A DNA stretch of 64,000 nucleotides from Eledone cirrhosa (GCA_964016885.1 OZ024746.1:75578001-75642000); one strand, 5' to 3'; shown: positions 12,796-27,755, numbered from the stretch's first letter. Notes: generated by a model from the sequence alone, not told the origin. Translations and numbers: made by a program.

Positions 12796-12968
12796 CGCCG
12801 GTAGAGCGTCAGACACTATGATTTGCAGCATAGAAGTTATGGCCCTTTACGTTCTGTATTCAAATCCCACCGAAGTTAATTTTGCCTTTCATCCTTAAGG
12901 GGATAAAATAAAGTACCAGTAATGTACTGGGGTAATTGTTAGCCTTGTGCCAAAAGTAGAAACAGTTA
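12796..12968 (+). mobile_element. SINE family A
   Basis: B-box, core and tail match the other copies. Confidence 0.75.
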
Positions 12969-13239
12969 TGTATGTAGAAACAACTATTAGGCGTCATATT
13001 AGTAGTTCATTTGTATATATATTAAAGTTAACTATCTCTATGGGTGGATGCTTGGTGGTGGCATGGTCCCGTAACTCCTGATAGAGTTGTAAGGACGCCA
13101 TATTGACATACGGCGTGTCTTGGGCATTTTAAGCCTGGCGGAGACAATCCCTCTCCAGGGTGTGAGTACAACAGATTTCTTCCAAAGCAAGATAGAAAGT
13201 GAGAGAGAGGAAATAAGAAAGAGATATAGAAGAAGAATC

Positions 13240-13392
13240 GACCCCAGTACTAGACTGGTACTTGTTTTATCGACCTCGAAAAGATGAAAGGCAAAGTTGA
13301 CCTCGGCAGGATTTGAATTCAGAGAGCAGAGAGTCAGAACGAATGCCATAAAAGCATTCTATCCGACATTCTAACGACCCCCTGCCAATTCG
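13240..13392 (-). mobile_element. SINE family A, diverged
   Basis: GGTACTTGTTTTATCGACCTCGAAAAGATGAAAGGCAAAGTTGACCTCGGCAGGATTTGAA. Confidence 0.7.
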
Positions 13393-13429
13393 GGTGCATG
13401 GCTTACATGTCTCAATAGTCAATGTATAA

Positions 13430-13463
<34 letters not shown>

Positions 13464-13814
13464 GCGCAGTCTCGATTCTTCCTTTATTTCTTTTTCTAGT
13501 TCACAGTTCACAGTTGTCGAGAAAACCTCAGTCTGTTGAGGACTGCCATCAAATGTCGCATGAGCTTTGATGACAACACCAATAAATCACCAATAAACAC
13601 CTCGTCAATTATAGTTACCACATTCATCTTTCCGCAGCCAAAGGGCTGGTCTAGAAGTTGGGAACATGCAACAGTGGACGCGAATGCGCGGTTTTGGGGG
13701 GTTTATTTAGCCTATTTCATGCGTGTGTGTGGAGGCGGGGGGTACATACATACATACATACATACATACATACATACATACATACATACATACATACATA
13801 CATACATACATACA

Positions 13815-14215
13815 TTGGTGGCTGCCAACTCGTTTTCGAGTACGGCCACTACTTTATATCCATGTAGGAGAACCCCTACCGATGCGCTGAACGAGTATGA
13901 CATTTTAGTCCAGCCAACGACTTGAAAACTCTGGTACAAACAGTACACATGTGACAAATATTGACACATAGTGCTGGGCCCATGGTACCATGAGATGACA
14001 AGGGCAGAGAGATCTCCAGATATAAAGCAATGCCTGTGCTGTGAAGCTTTTATAGTGAGCAAAGGCACTGCACAAAGCCAGTCCCACTCTCTTAACCAAG
14101 ATGATATTTACCAAAAAGAAGAACAAGTCAACATCACTGGATACCATCAGGGTTGCAGGTGTTATATTAGAGTTTTCTTTCTCCTAGAATTCTGCCTTGA
14201 CAAAGGCTAAGGGGT
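13815..14215 (-). mobile_element. RTE LINE 3' end with a C2H2 zinc finger
   Basis: CTVCTRVFKSLAGLKCHTRSAHR-type motif plus 3' UTR. A second copy is at 43629-43860. Confidence 0.7.
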
Positions 14216-14407
14216 CATCTCTCATACATACATACGGGATTTGATATACATCTCTCATACATACATACATACATACATACATACATACATACATACATAC
14301 ATACATACATACATACATACATACATACGGGATTTGAACTCATAGCACAGTGAGTCGGAACAAATACCGTGGCACGCATACATACACGTGAGCACCCCCA
14401 CACACAC

Positions 14408-14479
<72 letters not shown>

Positions 14480-14639
14480 GATATATTTACATACATACAT
14501 ACATTCATACATACATCTTTGACAACAATGGTTATCACACGATAAGCCGTGTTTCCTTCACTTGAAAATTCATCGAATTCTGAAGTGAAGGAAACAAGGC
14601 TAGTCTTGTAAGAGTGGAGTCATTGTTTTAAATATCTAG

Positions 14640-14766
<127 letters not shown>

Positions 14767-14820
14767 CATATATATTTACTATATATATACTATATATATA
14801 TATATATATATATACTATAT

Positions 14821-14869
<49 letters not shown>

Positions 14870-14874
14870 TATAT

Positions 14875-14927
<53 letters not shown>

Positions 14928-14978
14928 GTGTAGATACACAGACACTTCTCTGTGTGTATACACCCACACAATCATATA

Positions 14979-15343
14979 CAGGGTTGGCCATAATTAGTTT
15001 ACTAGCTTAGTGTTAAAAAATGTGACATTAAACTTTATTTCAGGTCAATACAAATTTGATGTCAAGTAATACATAGACAATTCATATAAACTTATAAAGT
15101 TACATTAGAGCGTCAGATAAATGATTGGCTGTATTTGATCCGGCTCTTTATATTCTGGGTTCAAATCCTGCCCAGATCAACTTTGCCTTAAATCCTATCG
15201 GAGTTGATAAAGTAAAACACTAATAAAGAACTAAAGTTGATATAATCGACTTTCCCCTCTCCCAAAATTGCTGGCCTTAAGACTAAATTAAAATCATTGT
15301 TTTCTTTCTTTAGTAGTTACTAAGCTAATTATTGCCAATTCTG
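14979..15343. mobile_element. Tc1/mariner-type MITE with a nested diverged SINE
   Basis: TA|CAGGGTTGGCCATAATTAG ... CTAATTATTGCCAATTCTG|TA, imperfect TIRs. Confidence 0.6.
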
Positions 15344-15488
15344 TATTATATGTATGTGTACACACACACATATATATATATGTGTGTGTGTGAGTGTGTG
15401 TGTGCGTGCAGTGCCCCAGCGTAAGGAACCAGATGGACTATAACGCACCAGAGTACTCAATACTTAGGGTAGTAGAGTGGGTAATTAG

Positions 15489-15598
15489 AAAATGTTCAAC
15501 CCCGACGGCAGAGCTCAAGCCGTTTCGACGGCTATTTCTGGAGTCCAGAAATAGTCGTCGAAACGGCTTGAGCTCTGCCGTCGGGGTTGAACATTTTC
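15489..15598. repeat. Fold-back of the 1910-family hammerhead 3' half
   Basis: Arms of about 54 bp centred on CTGGAGTCCAG. It contains GAAA-CGGC(loop)GCCG-UC-GGGGU. Confidence 0.85.
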
Positions 15599-15599
15599 C

Positions 15600-15631
<32 letters not shown>

Positions 15632-15634
15632 AAA

Positions 15635-15696
15635 GAACATTGAGCTGTACTGATGAAGGGTGATACCCAGAAACATTAGTGTCTGCAGTTCTGTTC
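15635..15696 (+). ncRNA. Canonical type I hammerhead ribozyme
   Basis: GAACA..GAGCUGUA-CUGAUGA-A-GGGU(GAU)ACCC-A-GAAA-CA(UUAG)UG-UC|UGCAGUUC-UGUUC. GUC cleavage triplet; all three stems pair. Confidence 0.88.
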
Positions 15697-15782
15697 GCAT
15701 GCCAACACAAGAGCAAGAATGAAGTGTTCATTTTACTGACATGGCTATAAAATTGAGGCTTGTTTGCAAAATTGCAAACGAA

Positions 15783-15970
15783 TCGGTGAATTGGCAGTAT
15801 CGGTAGAGGGTCTGACGCTTTGCAGCATAGAGTTACGGCCCTTTCCCTTCTGAGTTCAAATCCCGCCGAGGTTAACTTTGCCTTTCATCCTTACGGGGTC
15901 GACGACAAAATAAAGTACCAGTAATGCACTGGATAATTGCTGGCCTTGTGCCTAAAGTAGAAACAATTAT
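15783..15970 (+). mobile_element. Full-length SINE family A
   Basis: A/B boxes, core and tail. Confidence 0.85.
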
Positions 15971-15997
15971 TAATATTCGAAAAACTCAGATTACATT

Positions 15998-16085
<88 letters not shown>

Positions 16086-16346
16086 ATAGAGGTGTAATAC
16101 ACGAGTTGTGATATATTGGTTAAAGGAAAAGAAAATGCTGACAAATTGTTCCCAGTGAAAAATAGTTTAATTAGGAATAAGTAAAAATTAGTAATAAGTA
16201 TTGGTTAGTATTCATTTTTAGTTTTAAGTTTTTACCGGTTGCGCATTTCTAATGATTTTCAAACATAATTTTGAGATAGAGCGCCCGTGATGTTTGCGCT
16301 AATCTCTAATATATATATATATATAAATATATATATATAAATATAT

Positions 16347-16735
16347 AGTTTTGCGAGGTTTTTGATATGAAATCGTCTGTCGAAACAAATATTGTTATAC
16401 TTGGGGAGGGTCATATTTGTGTAATATTGCCAGAATTAATAAAAGAACGCACTCACTGTTTGGTTGGTTTTCGCTTTTCGCTTCTGTGTCTTTTATATCG
16501 GTAATCTAATTTATTCGGTCCTCAATGTTGCCATTGACTGACCAACGGTCAAAAATAATACAGATATAATATAGACACAAACACATATATATAGTTTATT
16601 CAAAGTTCTTTCGTTGCACATCTGCAACATCGTCAGTGGTGCTATTGTTTCCTAAAAGTGAAAACCAACCAAACAGTGAGTGTGTTCTGTTATTAATTCT
16701 GGCAATATTACACAAATATGACCCTCCCCAAGTAT

Positions 16736-16743
<8 letters not shown>
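16347..16743 (-). mobile_element. Penelope family 1 pLTR fragment with fold-back (arms 16389-16478 and 16654-16743) and an HHR core in the spacer
   Basis: Matches 31243-31546, is flanked by (TA)n on both sides, and has the HHR core at 16609-16636 (-). Confidence 0.85.
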
Positions 16744-16777
<34 letters not shown>

Positions 16778-16792
16778 AGTTGTGTGTGTAGC

Positions 16793-16825
<33 letters not shown>

Positions 16826-16896
16826 CGCGCGCGCGTGTGTGTGTGTGTGGGTGTGTGGGTGTGTGTGTGGGTGTGTGTGTGTGTGGGTGTGCGTGC

Positions 16897-17007
<111 letters not shown>

Positions 17008-17343
17008 TGTGTGTGCGTGCGGTGTGTGTGTGCGTGTGAGTGTTGTTCTTTCTCTTTTTCTACGTCTCTCCTTTGTATTTTTCCTCCTCTGGCACCATTT
17101 CTATCTCTCTCTTCCTTTTCTGTTGAGTCACTTTATTATCGTCTTTATTATCGTCTCTGTGTAATTTGCCGGAAGTCAAAACTTCTACTGTGTCTACGTG
17201 TTCTGTTGCGTCCTAATGTGCACTGGAATGAATTGTATCAACCATAATGCACTGAAATTATAGTAATTTTCAGAGGTTGACTGAGAAGAAGAGACTGCCC
17301 ACTTTTCCGTTGTCTTTGCCATGTGCGGGATCTTCTGAAACTG

Positions 17344-17394
17344 GGTTTCAGAAGATCCCGTTAAGGGTGAAAGCAGCGATTCTTTGCTTAAACT
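17344..17394 (+). ncRNA. Hammerhead-like fold with CAGAAGA core, second copy
   Basis: Identical to 6913-6962 and preceded by a 16-bp snap-back (17326-17341). Confidence 0.55.
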
Positions 17395-17533
17395 TTAATC
17401 TGCTATTTTAATAAATATTTGCGCTATGTTTTTATATATTTGATATATATATGAGCCCTCTTCGGATTTTAGTCTTCACATTTATCATTATTACTGTGTT
17501 CTGGCCTTGTGCCAAATGTGGAAACAATTATTA

Positions 17534-17627
<94 letters not shown>

Positions 17628-17802
17628 ACAGGGAGAAAGAGACGATTATTTTTTTTTTTCCTTTTTTGTTTCTCTCTTTTTTCTGGGTTAGAAAATGATT
17701 AAAACGAAATGTTTTACTTTGTGTGAAGTGTTAAGGTATTAGTTGATTTATTTATTATTAAACAATGGCATTTATTTATCTATTTATATATTTAATAATT
17801 GT

Positions 17803-17844
17803 CTATTACCGGTTTCAGCATTTTTATGCATTATCAAATGATAG
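17803..17844 (-). ncRNA. Minimal hammerhead, U3-A8 variant
   Basis: UUGAUAA-U-GCAU(AAAA)AUGC-U-GAAA-CCGG-UA. Stem I is imperfect. Confidence 0.5.
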
Positions 17845-18108
17845 TGAAATGTATTAATGTGGTGTCACACATGTTAAAGAGAAGGTGCAGAAAGAATAAT
17901 GTTATTTACAAACAAGGTTTATGAAGTGAAAAGGAAAAAGAAAAAAGAAAAAAAACGGACATAATGTAGAGCATAAAAAGTCAATGTGGAAGAAAAAATA
18001 ATGTTATTTACAGGCATAGTTCTTGAAGTTAAGCAGATCAAAATGTGTTAATATAGCAAGAGTGGTTAGTTGATCCATGATTCCATGATGGGGGAAAATG
18101 GTGGACAA

Positions 18109-18202
<94 letters not shown>

Positions 18203-19240
18203 TTGTAGATGGTTAATCGAATATATGAGTATATACGTGTATACATGTATATATATATAGGGGGAGATATATATGTGTGTGTGTTCCCGAAGTTAGTCAA
18301 AGAGAATCGGTACAGCTTCGTCTGTCACTTACTTAGTCAACGCTATAATAAGGTTTGTATTGTTAGAAATACAAACCAATTATTCGGAGTGCACACATAC
18401 GTTAATCAGTAAGATAAACTACTACATGTAGGTATTAATATTAGTATATCAAATATATAATACTCCACGCTCTCCTCAATATTTACATTTTGATGAAAGT
18501 CTATTTATATTTCCCTCCTTCCTGCATTACCATTTGCACAATTTGCCTATACACTATTCTGTCATGTTTCCTGTTGTACGCCTTCTCCATTCTGTCTGGC
18601 GGCCAGCACTTGGGACTCCATTTGTTCATACTAGAGAGAGATGGGGGGGGGGGCGGCGAGAGAGATGGAGGCGATGACAGTGGGAGTTCGGCTCTTCTGT
18701 GTTCAGACCTAGTGTGCAGTGTAAGTTGTCCGTAAGGAGGTAGTGATTCATAATTACTTATAACTAGCATACTCCACGTGTGTTTATATATATCTGTCTA
18801 TAACTCCTTGCAATTCTCTAGACTTTTAGAGTTAGATTTTTATTCACAGTTGTACAAATAACATTACAAATACGTAAATAACATTATAAATTGCTGGCAT
18901 TTCTTTCAGAAGAACATTACAAATATAATGTCGTTCCTAAACACAAGTGTGAATACTTTGTAGATATTTTACTAATATTTTTCTACGTAGTCAGTTTGCT
19001 GTCTTCTGTGTCTATGCTGTTGTTTTGTTTCATATGCATCTTTCCGGCGGCTCGTTCAAACTGGCGTGCAGCCTGGTATTATGTAACCTCACTCTTATTC
19101 ACGAAATCGCATTGCCCAGAGGGTGGTCGACGCGGATAATACATGGTTTTATTCGTTCGTCCCACGTGTTTCGTTTTTTTCCATTTTCAGCTTTGTTATT
19201 TATGTATGTGTGCGCATGCGTATGTATGTTTATTTATATG

Positions 19241-19343
<103 letters not shown>

Positions 19344-19387
19344 TTATATATTTATGTATATATGTATATATGTATGTATGTTTATAA

Positions 19388-19477
<90 letters not shown>

Positions 19478-20031
19478 TTATGTTTATATATATGTGTGTG
19501 TGTGTCTATGTGTGTGTGTTAGTCTTTGTGTGTGTGTGCGTGTGTGTGTCTGTGTTTGTGGTATATGTGAATGTGTGTAATAGCCTCACCCGATCCACTG
19601 AAACACATGAACAAGAGGTAAAAAATATCCAGAAGCTCTTTTGTGGTTTAGAAATTCCCTTGAGTAAAATTCCTTGTCTGTAAATTAGATCTGGTGTTGT
19701 TTATAGCGATGGTATGTAGTGGGGGTGGTTATGATGGTGGTGGTAATGGTGGTGGTGGTGGTGGTATAGCGATGGTAGTGGTGATGGTGATGGCTAAAAC
19801 GAGCCACGTCGGCTAACCCGTGCTATTGCGCACGCTTACACATCACACGTCTCTCTCTCTCTCTCTCTGTCTCCCTCTCTCTCTCTCTCTCTCTCTCTCC
19901 CTCTTTCTATTTCTCTCTCTACTGGTTATTATATATATATATACATATATATATATACACACACATATGTTATATATATTTTTGCGAGTGTAAACTCGGC
20001 CGAAGAAATATATATGTATTAAATATAGGTA

Positions 20032-20105
<74 letters not shown>

Positions 20106-20449
20106 AATATTTGTGAAGTCCATTATCGTCATTATCGTTAGCTTCCTGCTGAGTGCCAAATCTCGTAACCAATTTCCTATCACACCAACTTACGTGGTCG
20201 TTCAAATTCCTAGAAATAGCAGTTAAATTTCTTTCAAATGACAACCCACTGTCTTAAAAAGACCCACTTTTAAGGATATGTTTCGTAGAGAGGTTTGACT
20301 GTCTAGTCTGTAGCCAACCCGGCATAATGTATCTAGAATTATATTATCTAATGTTTTCAACCTATATGTCCAACAATGGGGTTTGAAAAAGATTTTTGTA
20401 GCTATTTTTAACTGGCATGATGCCTTCCTTTTCATCTTCTACGGGTAAT

Positions 20450-21285
20450 TCTGGTCGTCTCTAGCAGATGATTGAAATGCTTATACCAAAGCTTTATTCT
20501 TTCTTCTTTGCTATTACCTTTGAAATCTGAGAATCAACGATGAACCCAAAACTTTTCAAAGTAAAGAAAAGTTTATGTGATAGAAAAGCTGCGGGTTCTG
20601 ATGACATACAACCAGACATCATAAAAAGATATGATTTTGATGATATCCAAACATTTGCCAACAAACTGATTATTGGTAGCTTGAAGCCTGAGCAATGATC
20701 AGAGATTTGCCTGATTCGTCTACCTAAATCAAGCGACCTTTTCGGAAACTATGTGGAAAGAAGTTTCTCTTCTATCGTGGCCAATGTCATAAACGAGATG
20801 ATATTAAATCATATCCAGCGGAAAATTGATCCGCTACTTAGAAGAAACCAAAATAGGTTCCACCTTGGAAAATCGACAGTAGCACACATTTTAGCACTTA
20901 GGAGAATAATTGAGGATATCTAACACAATAACAGAAGGGCTGTGGTAATATTCGTTGATTGTAAGAGAGCATTTGATCGGGAGTAAATGTTTCGTAGCCT
21001 CAAACTTTACAGCATGCAACCAAATTATCGAAATAGTCGCCGGTATTTTGCAGAGAGACATTTTAGTCCTAAACATTTTTTTTTATTGGAAAAGATAGAG
21101 CAGAAAAAAATGAACTTTGTATACACAAACAGGGGTAGAAGGAAAATATATTACATTGATAATCAGCTGGAAGATACCGGAGTGGATGGTGTAAGAGAAC
21201 TCAGGACACTAATGAGGGTAGAGATCTTTGAAGGACACGTGTAATGACGGATAGGTGACCTGGCAGTCGGCATAGATAAATAGAT
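20450..21285 (+). mobile_element. Highly degenerate RTE LINE with an internal deletion
   Basis: Remnants KAAGSDDI, IDPLLRRNQNRF, STVAHILALRRII and GRRKIYYIDNQLEDTG, followed by a TAGA tail. Confidence 0.65.
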
Positions 21286-21344
21286 TTTAGCAAAGCAAGC
21301 TAAATATATAATAGTTAATCTTTGTAAGGTACTATTCTGTTATG

Positions 21345-21628
21345 ACTGACCGTTGGTGTGCGCCTGAAAAGGATCTTTCTGCGTCACAAGCCTGACCTAG
21401 CTGGTCTCCCTTCTCCACGCTACTGATATTGTACAAGGAAAAGGCAAAAGCCGATACAGCTTGACACCAATTTCGTCGCAACATATTATTTTCAGCTAAA
21501 TGGACTGGAGCAACATGAAAGAAAGTGTCATGGTAAAAAAACATAACGTACTGCCCGGTCCAGGAATCACACTTACAACCTTCTGATTGCGATCTCAACA
21601 CCCTAACCACTAAGCCAACGCACCTCCG
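21345..21628 (-). mobile_element. tRNA-derived SINE family B
   Basis: Minus strand reads GGAGGTGCGTTGGCTTAGTGGTTAGGGTG...GATTCCTGGACCGGGC; homologous to 36974, 57192 and 62878. Confidence 0.7.
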
Positions 21629-21919
21629 CTTATACTAGATAATATTGTGGCAAAGAACAACAACCACGTTAAAGTGCAAAGTTAGTTTATTATGTGGTGG
21701 GGTAAAGAAATGGGTTTCAAGTCTTCAGGTTTTCGAGCGGAAGCACTTTATCAAAATAAAAAATAAGAAGAATATATAAGAATTAGGCGAAAATTAATGT
21801 ACATGTACTCATGAACGAGCATGATTTGCGGATGGTGGGATGGATGTGGGCAGGTGTATGTATGTGTGTGTATGTATGTGTGTGTATGTGTGTGTGTGGT
21901 TTCTGACAGAAAGTGCGGA

Positions 21920-22691
21920 GATGGCAGTGAGTGTTATGATGGTGATGGCAGTAGTGGAGGTAGTTGTGCTGGTGGTGATGGTGATGGTGGTAGTGGTGGT
22001 GGTAGTTGTGGTGGTGGTGATGGTAGTAGTGGTGGTGGTAGTTGTGGTGGTGGTGATGGTAGTAGTGGTGGTGGTAGTTGTGGTGGTGATGGTGATGGTG
22101 ATGGTGGTAGTAGTGGTGGCGATGGTGGTGGTAGTTGTGGTGGTGGTGGTAATGGTGATGGTAGTAGTGGTGGAGGTTGTGGTGATGTCGGTGGTATGCC
22201 AGGTATAGTGTGGTGGTGGTAGTGGTGGTGATGGTGGTGGTGGTAGTAGTGGCGATGGTGGTGGTAGTTCTGGTGATGGCGGTGGTATGCTGGGTGTAGT
22301 GTGGTGCTGGTGGTGTTGGTGTGTGTTGGTGGTGAAGGTGGTGGTAGTTGTGGTGATGGCGGTGGTATGATGGTGGTGGTGGTGGTGGTATGATGGTGGT
22401 GGTGGTTGAGATGGCGCTGGTGTGTCGGGTGCAGTGTGGTGGTGGCGGTGGTGGTGGTCGTGGTGATGATGGTGGTGGTGGTGGTAGTGGTAGTTGTGGT
22501 GATGGCGGTGGTATGCCGGTTGTAGTGTGATGATGGTGGTGCGCCTGTTGTAGTGTGGTGGTTGGGATGGGGAGGAGGGAGGAGGGGGCGGAGGAGAAGC
22601 TGCTGCTGCTGTTATGGTATTGCTGGCTGTGGCTGTAGTGGTGGTATTTGTCGTGTTGTGGTTTTTGTTGTTGTTGGTGGTGGTGGTGATG

Positions 22692-22739
<48 letters not shown>

Positions 22740-22740
22740 A
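21920..22740. repeat. Degenerate (GGT/GTA)n low-complexity tract
   Basis: Direct reading. Confidence 0.9.
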
Positions 22741-22882
22741 AGCTACTGTCATGCTATAAACCGTTAATTACGACTAATTAGCCACAACTGTTGATTTATC
22801 TCATCATTATCTCTTATAATTATCTCCTCTAATTATGTACACACACACACACACACACATACATTCATGTACATATCCTTGC

Positions 22883-22986
<104 letters not shown>

Positions 22987-24240
22987 GCATACATACATGC
23001 GTACATTGGTACATACATGCATACACAAAATATGTGTTATTATCTAAGAATTTTGACATAAGATACAATACATGAATATTTATATACACATTGTAGCATA
23101 TACATACACATACATACATACATGCATACATACATACATACATGCATACATACATACATACATACATACATACATACAAGCATACATACATACATACATA
23201 CATACATACATACATACATACATACATACATACATACATACATACATAATACATGCGCACGCATACATAATTACGTAGTTTCAACACATATATACATGCA
23301 TACACATACACACATACATATACATGCATACATTGATGAAAATGCAAAAAAAAAAAAATACACATATATAGATAGACATGAACTCAAAATATAAACATAT
23401 ACTCACGTATACACACATACACATTCTCATGAAAATGATTTCATTGGGATGAGAATAGTTAATAAGCATTAGGAGAGACATGAAATGAAAGCTGACACAG
23501 AGATCTCACTCTTCAAAGAACATTTGGAAATCCTACTTAGCCTATTTGCTGACCTATTGGGTGACTCTCTGGTTTCTACTATAACATTTTGAGAAAAAAG
23601 GAATTTTGGTACATTTTTTCATAAATATATTAAAATATATTTCATTGTTTTCTCAGAAACTCTTATATAAGTTCCACATCATTTTGCTTATGTAATTTGT
23701 ACTCTATTACTATGGCAACACTCATCTGCTTCCATTTCTCCGAGGGTTATAAACCCCACTATCAGGCTAGAAATGTCTTTAGTCTAAAATACGGTGAAAG
23801 CTTATAATTTCTAATTTCAAACTCGCGCACCGTTTCAAAAACATACTTACATGTTTACGTTTATAATTTACTATATTAGTAATACTTGTTTCTACTTTAG
23901 GCACAAGGCCAGTAATTACCAAGTGCATTACTGGTACTTTATTTTATCGACCCCTATTAGTAATACTAATGGTAATACAAACTATATTTTTTTTAACCAT
24001 GATTGTCCTTCCTCACCCTCTGTTCGGCCTCCCTTCAGTGATACGGGCGTATTGGATGTAGGGAAACATTTTTTTAGGTTTTGGGGGAGGAAAAAAAAGT
24101 GCGTCCAATCGGCCGGAAAATACAATAATTCTGTAATACTGTATATATCGTCATCGACTAGCTTTTAACTCTTGATGATGTCAAATGGACACCGTTCGGA
24201 CATACGTCGTTTGCTGGGGGCATTCAAATCTGGCCGAGCA

Positions 24241-24324
<84 letters not shown>

Positions 24325-24539
24325 CAGGTCTGAACAAAGCCGATCACTTCCAGAGAGGAGAGAGAAAAAGTAAACGAGAGAAAGCGAGAAAGCGAGAGAG
24401 AAGACTCGACATCAGTACTAGACTGACTAGACTGACATTTTATCTATCGAGCCCGAGAATGAGTACTCAGTACTATTAATATATTCTTAATAAAGAATAT
24501 ATATGTGTGTATATATATATATATGTGTGTATATATACG

Positions 24540-24685
24540 TTCTCATCCCATCCGGCCTCCTCCATACACACCAACACCCATACAGGGACTATACACGCAC
24601 AGACATAATCTCCACCCCAACACATACACAATGTTTATTCAAAACCTACTTTCACATACACTCGCTGTCACCCAGACTCTCATAC

Positions 24686-24737
<52 letters not shown>

Positions 24738-25120
24738 TACCTTCCGCCATCCCGCGCGGACTCTGATTTTCTTGCTTCACCTCACCCTTTCTCTCCCCAT
24801 CTCCCCCTATCCCCCTCGCCCCCTCTACCCAGCCCCTATACACACTACCATACTCTTGTCATCCCGGACCTGTACACCCCTTCCACCCCTATACTTTCAC
24901 TTTTTTTTAAATTCTGTTTTTATTCATCTTTATTTTTCCCTTCGTTTCGTGTTCTTCTTGTTAACTTCCCTCCTTACAACCCCCCTTACTCCCCCTCGGA
25001 GTTGCTCTCAACTTTCCTGATGAAAGAAAACCTTAAGTCCGAAACGTCTAAACTTCCTCCACTCCCATCAAGCGTAAACCTAATGCAACTATGTACAATT
25101 GTCTCCTGCGTTTGTTTGTT
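24540..25120 (+). mobile_element. Penelope-like C-rich 3' UTR with a degenerate minimal HHR (25017-25048)
   Basis: CUGAUGA...GUCC-GAAA-CG-UC, then an AAGCGTAAACCTAAT tail like that at 33958 and 1437. Confidence 0.55.
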
Positions 25121-25154
25121 CTATTCAACTATATATATATATATATATATATTC

Positions 25155-25224
<70 letters not shown>

Positions 25225-25252
25225 CTATATATATATATATATATATATATTC

Positions 25253-25319
<67 letters not shown>

Positions 25320-25437
25320 AAAATGTTTAACCTCGACGGCAAAGCTCAAGCCGTTTCGACGGCTATTTCTGGACTCAGTAAGTATTGAGTACTCTGGTGC
25401 GTTATGGTCCATCTGGTTCCCTACCACACCTCCTTTG

Positions 25438-25476
<39 letters not shown>

Positions 25477-25719
25477 TCATCATTTTACGTCTGCTTTTCT
25501 TTGCTTAAGAAAGTGAGAAAGAAAAAAGCTCGACCCTTGTACTGCAACTTTATTTTTTGTTCTCGAAAAGGTAAAAATCAAATTTCTCTTTAGTAAGAGT
25601 TGAACTTAGAGAGCAGAGAACCGGAACGAATACTGGCAACCATTCTAACCGACACTGTTAAGAACTCTATCGACTTACCGCTTACTTAGCGCTAGAACCA
25701 TTTTTTTTAAATAGACCAG

Positions 25720-26280
25720 TTCACTGAGAAAGTAATACCTGAAATATTCATGGAAAGGAATATCACAGGCCATAAAGGGAATAAATCACACTAAATGCTT
25801 GGCATGAACTACAAACAAGTTTACAATATCTCACCTTGAAGGTTACCTTCGTACTAACCATGAACAAGAAAACCCCATATAGTACCTTCTACACTAAAGA
25901 CAGAAAGCATCTGCTGACAAATGTAGGTTATAGGAAAAAACAAAAATGAAGGCGTAAGACATATCATTGCCACATGTTAGAAAATATTCACCAGATTCCA
26001 TCTTACCATAAGACATGATGTAGGAGCCAGCTGGAATAAAGTGAGAAGACATTGCTACCTGTCATAGCATGTTTGTTAGATACAACATTCTCATCAGTTA
26101 TGATGTGCTAGCTAAAACAATGTGGAATAGAATACGAAAATATTAGCTAAAACCCTGCTACCATTGAGAGAATGTTTTCAAGATACCTAGATACAACCTT
26201 CCCATAAGACATGATAGGGTAGCCAGCAAAATAATTTGTAATCAAGTGACAAAGAACAACAACCAACAAAGATAAACATA
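25720..26280 (+). mobile_element. Degenerate R4/Dong-like non-LTR fragments
   Basis: TIRHD motifs and YDVLAKTMWNRIRK, which resembles [10 protein letters not shown] of the 36027 element. Confidence 0.4.
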
Positions 26281-26289
26281 TTGAGATCA

Positions 26290-26680
26290 AACACTGTCGT
26301 CTTAAATACTTTTCTAGCATTGGCAGAAGGCCAGCATTTAAGGGAGGAGACGATTAGATCCCTAGGCGTGATCTGAACTCAGAACGTAAAGGGCTGTAAC
26401 TAAATGCCATAAATTATTTTGTTCGGCGTTCTAACGATTTTGCCAATCCGCCGCTCTAATTTCTAATTTGGACAGAATACCATCAATTTGGAGGAAGAGG
26501 AAGTCGATTATATCGACCCCAGTACTTAAGTGTTAATTTATTTTATCAACCCTGGAAGGATGACAGGCAAAGCTGACCTCGGCAGGATTTCAACAGGATT
26601 TCAGAACATAAAAAGTAACTAAATACCGCAAATCATTTTATCCGACGCTCTACTCATCCTGCCAATCAACTGCCCTACTG
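26290..26680 (-). mobile_element. Two diverged SINE family A copies
   Basis: GAACTCAGAACGTAAAGGGC...GCCAATCCGCC and GGATGACAGGCAAAGCTGACCTCGGCAGGATTT. Confidence 0.65.
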
Positions 26681-27566
26681 CCGTCGAAAATTAAGAAGGA
26701 TTCGTTTGAGAATTATAGTTCCAGATATACAAAAACATGTAATGAACATGGCTCCAATTTCTTTGGTTAGAGTTTTACTCAATCAGGAAAGCTATGGCAT
26801 GCTCCCTTAATTCTTGATGGAGCCGTGGGGCTGTTGTGGTGATGCACAGCGTGTCATGAGCATTCAAACCTGGCTCAAAACACAGACTGAGAAAGAAATA
26901 TGGGAATAATCGACCCCACTTCTGGACTGGTACTTTGTTTATTGACTTCAAAAGGATGAACAGCAAAACAACAACAAAAGTTACTACAACAACAACAACA
27001 ACGACGACGACAATGACGACGATAGTAACATGAGCAACTTTCTACCTAAATTAGAAATTACAACGCTTGCCCATAGTCACGAAACAGTATATCTTTGTGT
27101 GACGTAAAATGTTACTAAAGGATTAGTGCCAGGAAAGGCATCTGACTATAAAACCTTACTCAAGAAATGTCCCCATGACACAAGGCTCGCAAGGTTAAAC
27201 CCTGCTTTAGTGGTGGTGGTGGGAAGGGGGAGCTTAAAACGCTTCTTGTTTCCTCATAATCATTAGCACAGTTGATTATGTTACTAAGTCCTTAAATGTC
27301 TGGAATGAAACTATGTAACAACGTGTAATTCTACGAACTCAAACTGTAAATTTGAAGTGGAACAGTGAAAATATTATACAGATCTCCAGGAATTCAAGAC
27401 GGAACTGTGTACTTTTAATGTTAGTTAAATTCGTCGAATGATTGAGCTTTGTTCCATAGTTAGAAATCAGCTCTTTCTTTGGGGGAAGTATTTCAAGAAT
27501 TTTATAAAAGAAAGAACCTATACATGCTATTTATATGCATACAGTGACTTACATGAGCATATGTTT

Positions 27567-27703
<137 letters not shown>

Positions 27704-27755
27704 TGAGTGTCTGCGTGTGTATTTCTGTGCATACATTGACTTATGTGTATATATG

